Positions 28,301 through 42,879 of a DNA stretch of 64,000 nt are shown one piece after another. The notes beneath the pieces are model-generated. The model saw nothing but the letters and a program-made list of their open reading frames with translations. It searched no databases and was not told the DNA's origin. The position numbers and the translations under genes were made by a program. The stretch is from Eledone cirrhosa. Its lineage: Eukaryota. The stretch lies in NCBI GenBank assembly GCA_964016885.1, contig OZ024740.1, positions 63,240,001-63,304,000 of the forward strand, in the 5' to 3' direction. Position 1 is the first letter of the stretch, and every line of letters begins with the position of its first letter.

Positions 28301-29619
28301 GAGTAAAGAAAATATGGTCATCAGAACTGTCAGCATACAACAAATACATTGCCCACAATACTTATGCTGTGCCAATTCTAACGCCAACATTTGGCCTGCT
28401 GAACTGGTCATTGCAAGAACTAAGTGAGATGGGTGTTAGAACTCGAAAACTTCTCAGTGTTACTGGGAACTTTAACATCAATGGTGATGTGGATAGGCTA
28501 TACTTCTCACGCAAGGAAGGTGGCCGTGGTCTAAAATCAATATTAACAACATATGAGACCCGGATAGTAACACTGAAGCAACACCTTCAACGGAGGAAAA
28601 AGGTTGGCAACCATCTTGCCCAGGTTTATGAGCATGAAGAAGAAAATATCATTAGGATAGCCACTGGTCTGGAGGAGAGATATGGAATAAAGTCTGATAT
28701 AAATCTCTCACCCAGAGAAATCGGAAGATCCTATTCAATGTTCAAACAAGATTAAAAAATTGACCAATTTACAGAAAAAGTTGTGCATGGATACTTGAGG
28801 CGTAAAACACAGACCATAGAGGGGATAAACTACTCAAAAAGCCTGGTATGGAGTTCCGACAAGTTTATGACATCACACCTTGAGGGATATCTCTATGCAA
28901 TACAGGAACAAGAACTCCCTACCAAATATCTGCTGCACAAAAGAGGAGGGACAGCAGCTGACAATAAATGTAGGCTATGTAAAACAAAGATCGAGGATGT
29001 AAGCCACATTGTTGCCATCTGCGAAAGAATGTCATTTCGCTACTACCTCCCCATGAGACACGATGGGATAGCTAGAACCATCTGGAACGCACTTCGGAAA
29101 ACAAAATTAACAACAAACGAGGAGGAATATATTGAGACAGATAGCACTAAGGAATACTGGTGGAACCTGAAAATAAAAACTGCCACCAAATTAAAGCACA
29201 ACCGGCCTGATATTGTTGTTTGGGACCACACATTGAAAATGTGTTCTGTTGTGGAGATCAGCTGCCCACTTGATGTAAACGTTGTCAGAAAAATACAGGA
29301 GAAGGAGGACATCTACGGACCATTGATGAGGAGTTTACAAATCCAGTATCCAAGATACACCTTTAGCTTCATACCCATCATTATTGGAGCTACGGGTTAT
29401 ATACCAACCTGCTTAGACCAAAGTATGACTGAACTTGGATTTGCGGACAGAAAGCGCAGCTCCCTAATTCATAGTCTACAAATGGCTGCGATAGCTGGCA
29501 CCTTCAAAATTTGCAAAACATTCTTGCGATTCAATGGATGACAATTTCTTTTCTTTTACAACCTTGCCACCAGGAAGGTGGCCGGTCAAAAAAATATACA
29601 CGAAATTAATAGAAAGAGA
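25400..29619 (+). mobile_element. R4/Dong-like non-LTR retrotransposon family F, full length
   Basis: 5' UTR, single long ORF, short 3' UTR; (TACA)n on both flanks. Confidence 0.92.
26034..29541 (+). pseudogene. RT-REL polyprotein of family F (1 frameshift at ~26715; stops at 28240 and 28753)
   Basis: N-terminal W..ELN..GFMQRLK.LW domain; NYRPIAC, QGDSLS, FVDD; CRLC..H...C; RHD; RPD..VEISCP. Confidence 0.92.
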
Positions 29620-29694
29620 TACATACATACATACATACATACATACATACATACATACATACATACATACATACATACATACATACATACATAC

Positions 29695-30069
29695 ATGGTG
29701 GCTGCCAACTCGTTTTCGAGTATGGCCACTACTTTATATCCATGTAGAAGAACCCCTACCGATGCGCTGAACAAGTGTGACATTTTAGTCCAGCCAGCGA
29801 CTTGAAAACTCTGGTACAAACACTACACTTGTGACAATTATTGACACATAGTGCTGGGCCCATGGCACCATGTGACGACAAGTGCAGAGAGATCTCCAGA
29901 TATAAAGCAATGCCTGTGCCGTGAAGCTTTTATAGTGAGCAAAGGCACTGCACAAAGCCAGTCCTACTCTCTTAACCAAGATGATATTTACCAAAAAGAA
30001 GAACAAGTCAACATCATAAGATACCATCAGGGTTGCAGGTGTTATATCAGAGTTGTCCTTCTCCTAGAA
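29695..30069 (-). mobile_element. Element G copy, 5'-truncated
   Basis: Reverse complement of ~14980-15352; TACA tracts on both sides. Confidence 0.85.
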
Positions 30070-30170
30070 TATACATACATACATACATACATACATACAT
30101 ACATACATACATACATACATACATACATACATACATACATACATACATACATACATACATACATACATAC

Positions 30171-33100
30171 AATCAACGCGATCAGTCGCATATTTTAGCG
30201 TGGGCGACTATTTATTAAATTTAAGATGAATACTATCTCTCACAGTAATGCCACAACTTTAGTCATGTTGAATAACTGGTTATTCTTCTAACTATATCTT
30301 CTGAAGGCACCTTTTATTCGAATTCGTAGAGATATCCGACTAAATACATAATTCATTTTACAAGGATTTGCTACAAACAGCATGGCTGAACACAACATAA
30401 ACAACAAAGTTAAGGAAGTATCGAAGACAACCAACAAGAAAGGTAAACAAACTTTATTCAGTTGTAGCTACAGAAGAAACCGAAATTATAAATCGCATTT
30501 CTCTTGGAGTTGCGAACTTAATAATGATTTATTTAATTGTTATAAAATGGCAAAAAACAATCCCTCCATTGGCTATATGAACAGAATGAAGCTATACTGG
30601 GACGAAATGCACCCAGAGCTAAATTATTTCACAGCGAAACAATTATGCCAACAAGTTTTTTTAACGTAAAAATAAGATAAATATTATTAACTCTAAGTCC
30701 CCCACAACAAACATGGGATCAACAACACGTGCTACAGGTCGCCATGCTACTAGACTTCCTAGCAGCCAAGTCGAACAGCGCCTTGAAACAACTATGCCTG
30801 TAAGAAACTTGACACCACCTGTACCATCTAAGTCTACCTCGAAACCTGGGGAAAACACTATCGATAATAATAATAATCGAAGAAATAATAATAATAATCG
30901 AAGAAATTTGACACCACGTGTACCATCCGAGTCTACCTCGACTGTTGTGGAAAATACTATCGATAATGATAATAATCAAAAGTATAGACAATTGCAAATT
31001 TCCCTCAACGAAATCTTCCAGAGAGAAATTAATTCATATACAAATATCTCTCTTGCTGAACGTGTTAAAACGACAATGTTTAATAAAAAACCAAATAATG
31101 AAATATTACGTGTTATTCACGAAATAAGGGATGAATATTTTTATATAAACGCCTGTTTATATGCCCTAGCAACGACAGTGAAGCATTATCTTTGTGATAG
31201 CAGAGATATTAAAAAGAACAGAACACCACCAAAAATACCATCATATATAACTAAAATAGAAAAAAAGATAGCTGACCTACGAAAAAACATAGGATATGTG
31301 ACAATGCTCCTTACAAACAAACACAAAAAACCTCACTCCTCACCAACAAAGAGTGAAAAATAAAATAGAGACGATGTTTGGTAACAGTAGAACCAGAACT
31401 CTTCAATGTAAGCTGATCACCCTCAAACAAGAATTGAGAGCTGTTAGTGAAAAAGGCCGATACCTGAAGAAGGTAGATGAGAGAAAAGTGCTTAATAAAA
31501 GATTCAGACGAAACCAAACATCAGCCTATAGAGATATGAATGGCAAAATAATAAGTGTCACTGAGGCCCCATCCCAGAAAGACATAGATTCCTTTTGGAG
31601 CAAAATATGGGGTGAAAAGAAGAATTTCAACCAAGATGCAGTGTGGCTAAGAGAAATCCGAAAGAACTATTGCTCCTACACTTCAACAAAAACATACGAA
31701 ATAAGTGAGGGTACCCTTGAGACTGTGATAGGAAAACTCCAAGATAAGAAAACACCAGGAAGAGACATGATTGTCGGCTACTGGTACAAAAAACTGATAT
31801 TCTATCGGGGGTATCTTACTGACCTCTGCCAACAAGTTTTTAAGGGAAATACACTTATACCAGAATGGTTGACATTAGCACAAACATTACTGGACCCCAA
31901 GAACAAAGACACCCACTTGGCAAGAAACTACCGACCCATTGCATGCCCATTGCATGCCAGAACCAGATGTATACAGCCTGCATAAATCTATTCCTCCAAG
32001 ATCACTGTGAAAATAATAACATCATCACAGATGAACAAGCAGCTGGAAAGAAAGGGGTTTGGGGATGTGCTGAACAACTCCTAATCAACAAAACTTCGAT
32101 GACGGAGGTGCAACAACTTAGGAGGAATATGGCTACAGTCTGGCCGGACTACAGGAAAGCTTTCGATTCTGCTCCCCACTCATGGATGATAGAGGTCCTC
32201 CAACTTGCTAAAGTCCCAGACATTATTGTCAGAGCCATAGAGAGGCTGTCTTCTTCTTGGGCTACTATCCTAAGGCAGAGAGAGAGGACTCTATTTTCAC
32301 TGATAAAATAAAATATTGCAGGTGTATATTTCAGGGGGACAGTCTCTCTGTGATATTATTCATCTTGTCATTAAACCCCTTGTCCTTTCTGATCAAGAAA
32401 TGTGAGGGATACATCGTTGGCTCACGGGAGGACAGAAATACGAACCTAAGCGATAATTTATTTGTGGACGATCTGAAACTCTATGCCAAAAACATGGATG
32501 GTATAAAGAAAAATCTTGACATGGTTACAACGTTCTCAAAGGATATAGGAATGGAGTTTGGCCAAGATAAATACTCATACATGACTGTAAAGCGGGGAAA
32601 AACAACAACACAATCTAGCAACATTGTCATTAATGGCCTAACTGTTTCACCGATATCTGATGAGGACTGCTACAGATACCTGGGGATAGATGAGAACATA
32701 TCCTATAATGGTATCTGTAATAAGGAACGTGTAACCAGGGAATACTACACCCGATTAAGAAAGATCTGGTAATCGGAACTCTCTGCGCAAAACAAAACAG
32801 TGGCTTACAATGTGTTTGCTGTGCCTGACCTAACACCAACGTTTTGAGTACTCAATTGGACGATAGACGAAATCCCAGCAGTTGATGTTGGAACTCGAAA
32901 AATACTAAACAACACCGGAAAGTTCCACATCAACAGTGACATAGATCGCCGTAAGCAGGGAGGCAGAGGCCTAACATCAGTCCAGACAACATTTGAATGT
33001 CGCATCATATCTCTCCGACAACATCTACGAACCTCGAAGCGTAGGAGCCCGTTTCTCAAGCAAGTCTATCTGCATGAAACAGATAAGATCACGAGAGTTG

Positions 33101-34241
33101 GGAAGGATCTCCTCGAGAGATATTCCCTGTGTGATAATCAAAAACTCACACCCAGGGAAGTCGCTCAGCAGCATCACGGTGAATCCATGGATGAAAAACT
33201 GCATGTTTATCAGCAAAAAATCATGCATGGATATGTTGCCAGGAAGCTCCAGAGTGAGAGTAATATAGATAAGGAAAGTAGTCTATCTTGGACCAACAAC
33301 CGCTATATTGGCTCCAACTTTGAAGGATACGCTTTTGCAATCCAAGAACAGGAGATTAACACGAAATACCTGATTCACAAAAGAGATAGGGATGCAGGCA
33401 AAACACCTAGATGTGATAACAAGTGCAGACTCTGCATAACTAACATCGAGGATATCACCCATGTCATCTGCAGCTGTCCAAAGATGTCATCGCGGTACTA
33501 TCTACCTATGAGGCATGATGTAGTAGCCAAAACACTGTACGATGCAGTTCGTAAAAATGATAGCCTGATAATAAACACATTAAAAGCTACAGCAATGTGG
33601 AAGACATCCATGTACATTATATGAAAGAGTACTGGTGGAATGTTCCAGTAAAACCCCAATAAAATGCAGGCATCACAGACCAGATAGTATGATATGGGAC
33701 AGGGAGAAGAAAACATGCACAGTAGTGGAAATTAGCTGCCCAGCAGATGCCAATATAATATCAAAGATTAGCGAAAAGGAGAATATTTATGCAGAACTGA
33801 TGAGAAATCTGCAGATACTCCACCCTGATTACACCTTCAGATTTATGCCTGTGATTATTGGGGCACTGGGGTATGTTAGTAACTGCCTTAATACAAATCT
33901 TGAGAAGCTAGGCTTCACAGGAACAGAAAGAACACTAGTTAGGAAATTACAAGTACAATCCATTAATGGAACAGTAAAAATATGTAAAACATTCCAAAAC
34001 ATTTTCATCTAATAACTGCATATACACATGTACAGATACAAAGCATATACACATACACACATACACCTCAAAACATCCACATCTACACATACAATCACAT
34101 CTATATCTACACATGCAGATATAAATACATAATCTACCTAGTTGATGTTGTATAAATTCCAATGAGAGAGTCTTGTGTCTATGTTAGAAACCGACTCTCT
34201 CTCTATTGCTAAAAATTTGTGAAATTATAAAACCAGAAAAA
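30171..34241 (+). mobile_element. R4/Dong-like family E, full length, multiply frameshifted
   Basis: ORF pieces 30382-34012 carry the same domains as family F; highly similar to 11941-14790; 5' flank (TACA)n. Confidence 0.92.
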
Positions 34242-34539
34242 CATACAAACAGATACTCCACCCTGACTATACCTTCAGATTTATAATCGTTTTTCGTAAA
34301 TCATTTTCATTTAAATTTAATTTATTTGAATGATACTTAAGTTTAGAAAATGAGTGTGTTTCCTGTGTCTTCTTAATCAACCGATTTGGCAAGTATTTTC
34401 ATTTTCTTGCTCAAATATTCTGCATAGAAATATAGCAGGGAGACCAGAGTCAAGATATGATGCCACTGAGAAGTAGTGAGGACGAGAACAAAATAAGAAT
34501 GTAATAAAGTCAAACCTTCACAACTCCACAATATAAGAG

Positions 34540-35760
34540 CCGAAGGAAAACAACGGGAGAAAGAGACACAAAGGAAGAGAGACATGTTCGTCCTCAGGAA
34601 CAGAGACAGAACGAATAGCATAAGAGTTGAAGAGACGGTCTATCACATGTCTGCGTGTCTCCATCATTATCAACAAAAGGCACAGAATGAGGAGAGAAGA
34701 AACAGTGAAAGATATGGAAAATACTCTTGAGAATATGCGGTAAAAGTGATTACTGTGCGAGTTGCAGAAGACAATTGCTGCCATTGAAGATAAGACCTCG
34801 ACAGAGAAAGAACGTGGTTTAATAGACAGCTTCTGCTGCTAATATCGGCACAATGTGTACAGTTTATTCTGTAAAGAACCTGCCACTTTTGGTTGTAGAA
34901 ACGGAAAGGTTACGATAGGCAAATTACAGCTTCAATTCAATGAGCTCCTTTATTTATACAGCAATGTTGATCATATTTGAAACGAATTCAGAAAAAATAA
35001 CAGTGCAACTGTCGCCACCAAATGACATCCTTTGGTAGCAATGAAGTAATTGTGTCAAGGAACATATGGGATCCTTCTGATGTTATTCACTGACAAATAC
35101 GATATTACCATATACATCTTATGACAGACCCCCAACTAACGAATTCTTTTTCTCTTACAAATTTATTTTATGGATCCCCAATACAGCGTAAAATTGTGAA
35201 TAGACATCTTCTAGAACAATATAATTCAACATGAGTCTGTTGAACGTTTAGAAAACATACTAAAACAAAGAAACATTGCGTTCCTTCAATCTGTGAAGGA
35301 ACGGAAAGCATAAGGTTCGATTAAATCCACAAATTACCAAAGAAGTCATCGTCGTTATAACGACCAACAGTGAACCTGGCTCATTATCACGGCATATTCT
35401 TTTGAGAGAATGAGAAGCATCTCTGGTATTGCAGAAACATTGACATCTGGTAGCTGAACAGTGAATTCAGAATTCAAAATACCGTTTCATGAGAATGAAA
35501 ATGATACTGAAGAACAATATGCAATTGAATGAGAATGATGGAAGTTATTCTAAATTTTTACTGGATATCGAATGAGACAAGATTAAGAAAAATGAAAGTG
35601 ATGAAATCGAATCAACTATAGATATTTTCCTACCAGAAAGAACTACGGAAAAAAACCTTGATATCATCTACTAGATAGTCGGCAACCCTGCAGAATTGCT
35701 CATTAAGAATCGTATCTTGATTCACTTCCATGAAAAGATGTCAAAATTCAATTCACTGTG
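34540..35760 (+). pseudogene. Possible heavily decayed Helitron Rep/helicase remnant
   Basis: Scattered peptides KEPATFGCRNGKV, LQIYFMD and MQLNENDGSYSKFLLDI resemble RepHel motifs. Confidence 0.4.
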
Positions 35761-36084
35761 CATTAGATGCTACCCTGGTATCTGAAAGAGTACCCTTCAT
35801 TCACTGCCGAGAGTGGATGGGCTTGAAAGTCATTTTCCAACAGAATTTCTCGAATAAATTGAATTGTCTGTATACTACCGCTTTAACTGGAATCGAAGAG
35901 AGGATCTCCAATGATTTAAATGATAAAATTAAAACCTTTAAGACTTTAACGTGAAACACAGATGATCATGCAAGAGTTGCTAGAAAATCTCAAAATAGCA
36001 AACATCGATATTACTGCGTTCGAAAATGAGATTGTCATAATTCCAAGTATTACGCTCAATACTGGTCATTTGGCTGAGAAGATA

Positions 36085-37401
36085 TAGTGTTGTGCATAAT
36101 TTAGACAACCTGCATTTTAGCTGACATATTATTAGTAACCTTAGTATACACACACACACAAGCGCACAAATATCATCACACTTTTTTTTCAATAATTGTA
36201 CATAAGTAGACCAATCACATTATTTGTTGTATTTTCATATATATAGCATACCGAGTCAGCATTTCAATACATTTTTTTAGTACTAACATGGCTGCCATTT
36301 CAAGCGAAGTACATGAAAATATCATCCTTCTTCAAGAGGAAGGCAGGCTATTCCCAGCACCAAATATCTGTATGATTGGATGTATCTAAGACTGGTACCA
36401 AAAACCCACTTCTCCGTAATGCAACAACAGGCACTCTTAACAAGTGACATGGAAGACTATGCAAGATAGTTGTTCAAACTGATCACATGATACGCCGACT
36501 TGCAGTGTCAAGTCTAACTGCTTCCAACTCATATATCCAAACCCAACTTCTTCAGCACACAAACATATTCTACCATCCGACGACGCTGTGTTAAGGACTT
36601 TAATCTTCGGGCTTTTAAGCCAGCTGCCAAGCCTCAACTTTCAAATAAAAGCATCAAGGACCGTCTGTTGTTCTGCAACAATTATCGTCACTGGATTGCT
36701 GCTCAATGGGGTGAGGTAATGTTTAGTGGTGAAACATTAATTAGACAATTTTCCCCTTATAATCCCCATGTAAGCAGACCACCTGGACAGCGTTATAATT
36801 CTCATTATGTCAAACCAACAGTTAAATATTCACAATCATTGATGGTCTGGGTATCAATGAGCATAAATGGACGAACTGCACTGATCATAATTCCAGCAGA
36901 TAAGACTGTAAATGCAAACATGTATTTGGAAATAATGCTAGAAAAGGTCCCATTATGGATGGTTACCATATATATCAACAACATGGTAGTCCGTGCCATA
37001 ACCACTTTTTTCGAGAATCTAATATTGAAGTGCTGACACCTTGGCCAGGTTTAAGTCTTGACTTAAACCCAATTGAAAACTGTTGGAAATTGATGGAAGA
37101 CAAAATTGCCGAGCTAAATCCCAGATCAAATATTGATTTACAACAATAGATTCTGTATGGACACAACAAATTACTCCTGAATATTGTACCTCCTTGGTGG
37201 AATAAATGCCTCGCAGAATTGTTGTAGTAATTGCAGCTGAAGGTCATCAAACAAAGTACTATTTCGGAATAGACAATTTGTAGCATAATGCTTTGTGTTG
37301 TATGTTTGTAATAATATACTATTTTAATAATTGTACCTTGTTCAATATTGATCTAACCAAATAAAATTATTGGGATGGTCTCTGAATTATGCACAACACT
37401 G
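36085..37401 (+). mobile_element. Tc1-like DNA transposon, decayed
   Basis: TIR AGTGTTGTGCATAATT / AATTATGCACAACACTG with TA TSD; W..VMFSGE, QQHGSPCH, WPGLSLDLNPIENCW. Confidence 0.9.
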
Positions 37402-37403
37402 TA

Positions 37404-37670
37404 TAAGGTTAAGGTGACAGTGCGGAAGTCGATGGTGGAGCGTTCAGACCACACTGAAGTTCTCAGCCATTTTCTGTAGTTTGTTCAAGATCACGCGGGC
37501 AAAGACCTTCCCAACGATGTTTAGCAGCGAGATAACTCGTTAGCTATTACAGTCGCTCGTGTTCCCCTTTGTATAGAGAATGACAATATTGCAGTCTCTC
37601 ATGCCTTGTGGGACTGTTCCTTCTAGCACTGACATAGTAGTTTCAACAAGTGGCTAAGTAGCACTCCAGC
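37404..37670 (-). mobile_element. RTE-BovB-like RT fragment
   Basis: Reverse complement encodes VPQGMRDCNIVILY.KG..SDCN..ISLLNIVGKVFARVIL. Confidence 0.75.
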
Positions 37671-37756
37671 TTACGATCGTCAGCCGAATTACCTAACTAC
37701 AAAGCCACGCACCTTTACATACATAATACATACATACTTACCTACATACATACATA

Positions 37757-38356
37757 CATGATGATGGCTCTGCCTCCTCGTTATCGAGTATGGCCATTGC
37801 ACAATATAACATTATTAATAATTATCAATTAATTCTATGGTGTAATGCCTGTGCGTGAAGATTTTCTTTTAAGTGAGGAAAGACTGTGCACTGAGCCAAT
37901 CCCATTCTCTGAGCAGCAGTAGCTATAACCCGAAAAGAAGAAAAGATCAACATCATCGGTAACTAGTGAACCTCAAGTTTTATGTCGGGGTTATCCCAGT
38001 TTCCTGAGTTACCTTCTCCTAGAAGAATGCCCTGACAAAGGCTAGGGGTCCTTCATTCCCAGTGGTTTAACCGCGTGATCGAGTATCCAGCCCGATTATT
38101 TCTATGTCCCCGCACATATATACACATGTATACATATACACATGTATATAGATATTTACACATTTTTGGATGGCCGTTGACTCTTATGAATTCCTCCGCC
38201 CTTTGTCAGGATTTGTTTTTTGTCCTGCAGGGTGTCCAAAATCACTCTCCTCACCAAGTAAACTTGGTGGGGTTGCCGGTTTAGTCACCGACGACCCGAC
38301 CATGCGACAGGTTGTACTGGGTTACATATTACCAGTAGCACTCGAGAGTGACCCGA
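37757..38356 (-). mobile_element. Element G-related subfamily with longer 5' end
   Basis: Shares the ggcaaccccaccaag..cctgcaggac 5' block and the ggccatactcga 3' block; TACA tracts on both sides. Confidence 0.7.
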
Positions 38357-38449
38357 TATACATACATACATACATACATACATACATACATACATACATA
38401 CATACATACATACATACATACATACATACATACATACATACATACATAC

Positions 38450-39151
38450 AATGCAATCCGTAGAAAAGATATCCCCGATAATAAACACATTAAAAGCTAC
38501 AGCAATGTGGAAGACATACCTAATATGAAAGAGTACTGGTGGAATGGTCCAGTAAAAACTCCAATAAAATGCAGGCATAACAATATAACAGACCAGATAT
38601 AATGATAGGGGACAGGAAAAAGAAGGCATGCACAGTAGTGAATGTTAGCTGTCCAGGAGATGCCAATATAATATCAAAGATTAGTGAAAAGGAGAATATC
38701 TATGCAGAACTAATGAGAAATCTGCAGATACTTCACCCTGATTATACCTTCAGATTTATGCCTGTGATTATTGGGGCACTGGGATATGTTAGTAACTGTC
38801 TCAGTACAAATCTTGAGAAGTTGGGCTTCACAGAAACAGAACGAACACGACTAGTTATGAAATTACAAGTACAATCTATTAATGGAACAGTAAAAATATG
38901 TAAAACATTCCAAAGATTCTGCTATACATTTGTACAGACACAAAGCATATGCACAGAGATATAACTCAAAACAAACACATCCACACATAAAATAACATCC
39001 ATACCTGCACACACATGCATGCATGCAGACATGTATACATATCTACCTAGTTGATGTTGTGTAAATTCCAATGAAAATCTTGTATCTATGTTAGAAACTG
39101 ACTCTCTCCCTCTATCGGTAAAAATTTGTGAAATTATTAAACCAGAAGAAC
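38450..39151 (+). mobile_element. Family E 3' fragment
   Basis: REL C-terminus and 3' UTR as in 33540-34241; TACA on both flanks. Confidence 0.9.
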
Positions 39152-39243
39152 GTACATACATATATACTACATACATACATACATACATACATACATACAT
39201 ACATACATACATACATACATACATACATACATACATACATACA

Positions 39244-39689
39244 TAAAAACTGCCACCAAATTAAAGCACAACCGGCCTGATATTGTTGTTTGGGACCACA
39301 CATTGAAAACGTGTTCTGTTGTGGAGATCAGCTGCCCACTTGATGTAAACGTCAGAAAAATACAGGAGAAGGAGGACATCTACGGACCATTGATGAGGAG
39401 TTTACAAATCCAGTATCCAAGATACACCTTTAGCTTCATACCCATCATTATTGGAGCTACGGGTTATATACCAACCTGCTTAGACCAAAGTATGACTGAA
39501 CTTGGATTTGCGGACAGAAAGCGCAGCTCCCTAATTCATAGTCTACAAATGGCTGCGATAGCTGGCACCTTCAAAATTTGCAAAACATTCTTGCGATTCA
39601 AGGGATGACAATTTCTTTTCTTTTACAACCTTGCCACCAGGAAGGTGGCCGGTCAAAAAAATATACTCAAAATTAAGAGAAAGAGAAAA
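39244..39689 (+). mobile_element. Family F 3' fragment
   Basis: Near-identical to 29173-29619; TACA on both flanks. Confidence 0.92.
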
Positions 39690-39915
39690 CATACATACAT
39701 ACATACATACATACATACATACATACATACATGACTGGTCATGATAAATATATAATTTTATAGGTGGGTGAAGCAAGCGCTCCACGCTGAGCTAGAATAT
39801 AATTTTTATCAATTAAAATCACGCCCACAACTAAAAGAAAAGACTTCTTTGGCGTATCGATAAAATAAGTTCAATTTTTTTCATTTTCGTCTTGGTTCTT
39901 AATCATTTATTTTAA

Positions 39916-39979
<64 letters not shown>

Positions 39980-40954
39980 CTTTTTCTTCTTCGTCCGCTT
40001 ATTTCTGAAAGGCTCGTGAGGGAGAGTTCCAGACGTGCCCTCTAGGGAATCCTGAAAGAGTTGTAACCTTCTAGCTGCCAATTGTTAACGTTTGCTTCTT
40101 TCTGGACTTTCTTTCGGATCCCGGAATACGTAACATTTGTACGCCCACCCCAACCCTCCAAAGTCAGGTCGAAGGCCCAATTCAGTCTTTTCAGCATTAT
40201 ATGGAGGCTGCAGTATATTTTTCGAAAGGGCCCCTCTTATTAAAAATACTTTCCCTCTGTGGAGTCACCAGATGCCAGCTCTGATTCAGAAGGCCTATGA
40301 GCAAAAGCATTCAAGCCTTGTCTATCCATTTTCTTTACTATTCAAACACAATGTAGCTTAAACAACAGTTTTTTTCAAGACGGTTGTATGGACATAAAGG
40401 AGAATTGGCTGATTTTTCTAAAATATCGTGTGACATCGAAGAGGCTTCCCAGTTAGCTAGTGATCATAGCCTGTTTCTTACTATAAAAAGGTTGTTTAGC
40501 CCTAGGTAGACTTGAACGAGTGAGTCTATGATCAATAGCCTTCCATCCATAACCTCTATGTCTCTTTTCTATGTTCGTTGAACCGATAATCGCATTATCC
40601 AACATACCTTTTTCTAAGATAGTAGGGTGTGCTTTGAAGGTAATTTGACTGCTATTTCTAGTATGTCGAGCGACCAGCTAGAATCTCCCTTGCTAGCTCG
40701 ATAACTAGTTGATAAATTCCAGAATAGAATGTTTATACTCGATTTATTGATGAAATTTATCATGAAAAGACTGTATAAGTGAACTTTAGACTACCTTGAG
40801 TTAATGCTTTCTATGAGTGAGTACATGCATTATCATCATTATATATATGTACATGATACTAGTTGTTTCTCATCTAGATATATGAGACTTTTTTGTATAT
40901 CGTTTGAAATTGTATAAATTATTGTATAAATAATAATAGAAAAGTTTAAATCAA

Positions 40955-41880
40955 CATGGGTTGTTGAAATGTGCGAACTGTGGCTCTCAACATCGCTATG
41001 ATGTAGATATAGCTGCCCTTTCAGAAACTCGCCTTTCTGAAAACGGGCAACTGGAGTAGATAGATGGCGGATTTACATTTTTCTGGAAGGGACAAAATGC
41101 TCAAGAAAGGAAAGAATCAAGATTGGGTTTCGCTATCCACTGGAGTCTAGATCACAGACTAACAGAACCTCCTCGTAGGATTAGTGACTGGTTAATAACT
41201 TGTCGTCTACCTGTCTCGAGTGACAGGCATGTCACTACTATTGGTGTATGTTCGTTTTTTAATGAAAATATTCAACTTTGGGAGGAGATGCTGTTCACTA
41301 ATAATCTGTTGTTTGACTCAAAAGTTACGTCTATTTTAGATTTATTGAAGCTATGTATTAATGAGCATAACTTCCCATTGAACACCTGATGGAGTGTTGC
41401 TATGGTAGATAGATACAAAGGTTTCTTTTCTCATCTAATGCCAATCTATGAAAGCACTTGAAATCGGCCTTCCCAACTTTCTACTTGGTAGAAGCTGGAT
41501 ATAACCAGGCGATGTGACTCGCGGTTAAATATGATAAATTTTTGGTTCAATCAAGAGGTCAAAGATGCCATTGGAGCAAAGAATGAGGCTTACAAAGCTT
41601 GGCTTGGAAATAAACCCTCTTTCGTGCACTTGTGGCACAATCAGGCACGAAGAATCGCAGCAGAGACAGTAAAGGCGTCCAAAGTTAAGACATAGGAGGA
41701 TTTGGGGTTAAGCTGGAATCCGACTTCAGATCAGCAGATAAAGTATCTATACAAATGTTCTAGTATTTATGTTCGGATAAATGGTGCTGTCAAAACCATT
41801 CAATGTGGGAGTCGGATTCCACCAAGGGTGCGTACTGTCACCTTTCCAGTTCCTTATTTTCATGAATAGGATTGACTGTG
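40955..41880 (+). mobile_element. Decayed RTE-clade fragments (APE endonuclease and RT pieces)
   Basis: DVDIAALSETR..FTFFWKG..GFAI; WFNQEVKDAI; HQGCVLSP. Confidence 0.65.
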
Positions 41881-41964
41881 GATGAATTGGCCAGTATATA
41901 GGCATGTTGTTATGAGTGTGGGAGGGGAAGTACGATAAGCTCTATCTATATATCTATATATTTA

Positions 41965-42153
41965 TAATAATTGTTTCTACATTTGGCACAAGGCCAGCAA
42001 TTACCAGTGCATTACTGGTACTTTATTTTATCGACCTCGTAAGGATGAAAGGCAAAGTTAACCTCGACGAGATTTGAACTCAGACCGTAAAGGGACATAA
42101 CTATGCTGGAAAGCATGGCGTCCGACCCTCTACCGATACTGCCAATCCACCGT
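41965..42153 (-). mobile_element. tRNA-derived SINE
   Basis: Near-identical to 1028-1220. Confidence 0.85.
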
Positions 42154-42526
42154 GCTTATGTAATATACACACACAAAGGGCATACACACACGCACACAGT
42201 GCATACACACAACATCAATTGGTTGGTTGTGTCTTAAGTAATGTCAATTATCCGTGTGGCTTGGTACTATTAAAGGTGGATGAATTGTTGCTCATATAAT
42301 TAGACCCATACACATATGTACACATGTACACATGTGTACATGCATTCACAGTTATATACATTAGCTGAATAGCTGGTGGAATGTCAAATGTAGAGTCTTG
42401 TCTAAGTGTAGCGTTAGATGTGTCATCATAAAGTTCAGTATCCATGCCTGAATTCTTGGAGGTTCTCGTTTATGTACTGTTCAATCAAATGGCAATTGTT
42501 AGCACAACTATCAGGTGTATATGATG

Positions 42527-42616
<90 letters not shown>

Positions 42617-42879
42617 ATTACAAAGAATGCAGTCAGTTTGAATGGGAAAAATTAGCATTACTTGAACAATATTTTATGCAGTAAAATTATATGGAGAAAA
42701 CCACAGGAATGATTGAAACCTGATGTCAGCAAAATACGTCAACCATCTAAGTGACTCCAAATTCACTATTCTCCTTTTATTTTGCTCCACTTTTCAAATT
42801 AAATGACACGACGGTTCAGTTATATTCAAATATTGTAAGCGCGTCCATTGAGAATATCGTCTATGACAAACTGCTCAGT

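Noticed and set aside
28240-28755. Possible programmed readthrough of in-frame stops in family F
   Set aside because: The stops are TAG and TAA; the paralogous family E has Glu (GAG) at the first position, so simple nonsense decay is likelier
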